NCBI GenBank assembly: GCA_002269645.1
Contig: NIVC01002989.1
Span: 63,004 to 127,003 of the forward strand
DNA length: 64,000 bases
Direction of reading: 5' to 3'
DNA from: Macrostomum lignano
Taxonomy: Eukaryota
Shown here: one piece after another, positions 63,064 to 64,000 of the stretch
Layout of the letters: each line of letters starts with the position of its first letter
Position numbering within the stretch: position 1 is the first letter of the stretch
Made by a program: the position numbers and the translations under genes
Notes under the pieces: model-generated
Told to the model about the DNA's origin: nothing
Seen by the model: only the letters and a program-made list of their open reading frames with translations
Databases searched by the model: none

Positions 63064-64000
63064 CTCCCAGTGCCCCTCCAGTGCCTTTCCAGTGCCTCTC
63101 CAGTGCCTCTTCCAGTGCCTCTCCCAGTGCCTCTTCCAGTGCCTCTCCCAGTGCCTCTCCAGTGCCTCTTCCAGTGCCTCTCCCAGTGCCTCTCCAGTGC
63201 CTTTCCCAGTGCCTCTCCCAGTGCCTCTCCCAGTGCCTCTCCCAGTGCCTCTTCCAGTGCCTCTCCCAGTGGCCTCTCCCAGTGCCTCTTCCAGTGCCTC
63301 TCCAGTGCCTCTCCCAGTGCCTCTCCCGGTGCCTCTTCAGCGCCTCTCCCAGTGCCTCTCATAGTGCCTTCCCATGCCAGTGCCTCTCCTAGTGCCTTTC
63401 CCAGTGCCTCTCCCAGTGCCTTTCCCAGTGCCTCTCCAGTGCCTCTTCCAGTGCCTCTCCCAGTGCCTCTCCAGTGCCGCTCCCGTGCCTCTTCAGCGCC
63501 TCTCCCGTGCCTCTTCAGCGCCTCTCCCGGTGCCTCTTCAGTGCCTCTCCCAGTGCCTCTCAGAGTGCCTTCCCATGCCAGTGCCTCTCCCAGTGCCTCT
63601 CCAGTGCCTCTCCCAGTGCTCTTGCCAGTGCCTCTCCCAGTGGCCTCTCCAGTGCCTCTCCAGTGCCTTTCCCAGTGCCTCTCCCAGTGCCTCTTCCAGT
63701 GCCTCTCCCAGTGCCTCTCCCAGTGCCTCTCCCAGTGCCTCTCCCAGTGCCTTTCCCATTGCCGCTCATAGTGCCTCTCATAGTGCCTCTCATAGTGCCT
63801 TCCCATGCCAGTGCCTCTCCCATTGCCTCTCCCATTGCCTCTCCCAGTGCCTCTCCAGTGCCTCTCCCAGTGCCTCTCCCAATGCCTCTCCCAGTGCCTC
63901 TCATAGTGCCTTCCTTGCCAGTGCCTCTCCAGTGCCTCTCCAGTGCCTCTCCCAGTGCCTTCCCAGTGCCTCTCCCGGTGCCTCTCCCAGTGCCTCTCCC
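63064..64000. repeat. 11-12 bp minisatellite running off the window end
   Basis: Unit cccagtgcctct with variants. Confidence 0.92.

Overview
Repeat-rich eukaryotic (metazoan) DNA with spliceosomal GT-AG genes. Roughly a third of the window is micro- and minisatellite, mostly inside introns. The style resembles the flatworm Macrostomum, but that is an inference only. The main result is two tandem paralogous genes on the + strand (<1..5358 and 7122..11599) that resemble the C14orf93-like family. Each has a cluster of short, divergent, paralogous exons that all enter in phase 1 and leave in phase 0, lying between constant exons: 6-7 in gene 1 and 3 in gene 2. This is the signature of Dscam-style mutually exclusive splicing, and the variable segment is a basic, aromatic, putatively DNA-contacting helix. 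The ORF track does not show it. Also present: a 6.4-kb expanded coding heptad array inside a frameshifted minus-strand ORF, an intronless BAP29/BAP31 gene, a 6-exon C16orf89/UPF0764-like gene, an unknown membrane-protein gene, a PHD+CXXC (CFP1/CXXC1-like) gene with a 1-nt frameshift, an RTE-type LINE plus a decayed second copy, two tRNA-derived SINEs, a hAT-Charlie-like MITE and a mariner remnant. All splice models were assembled by eye and have no transcript support.
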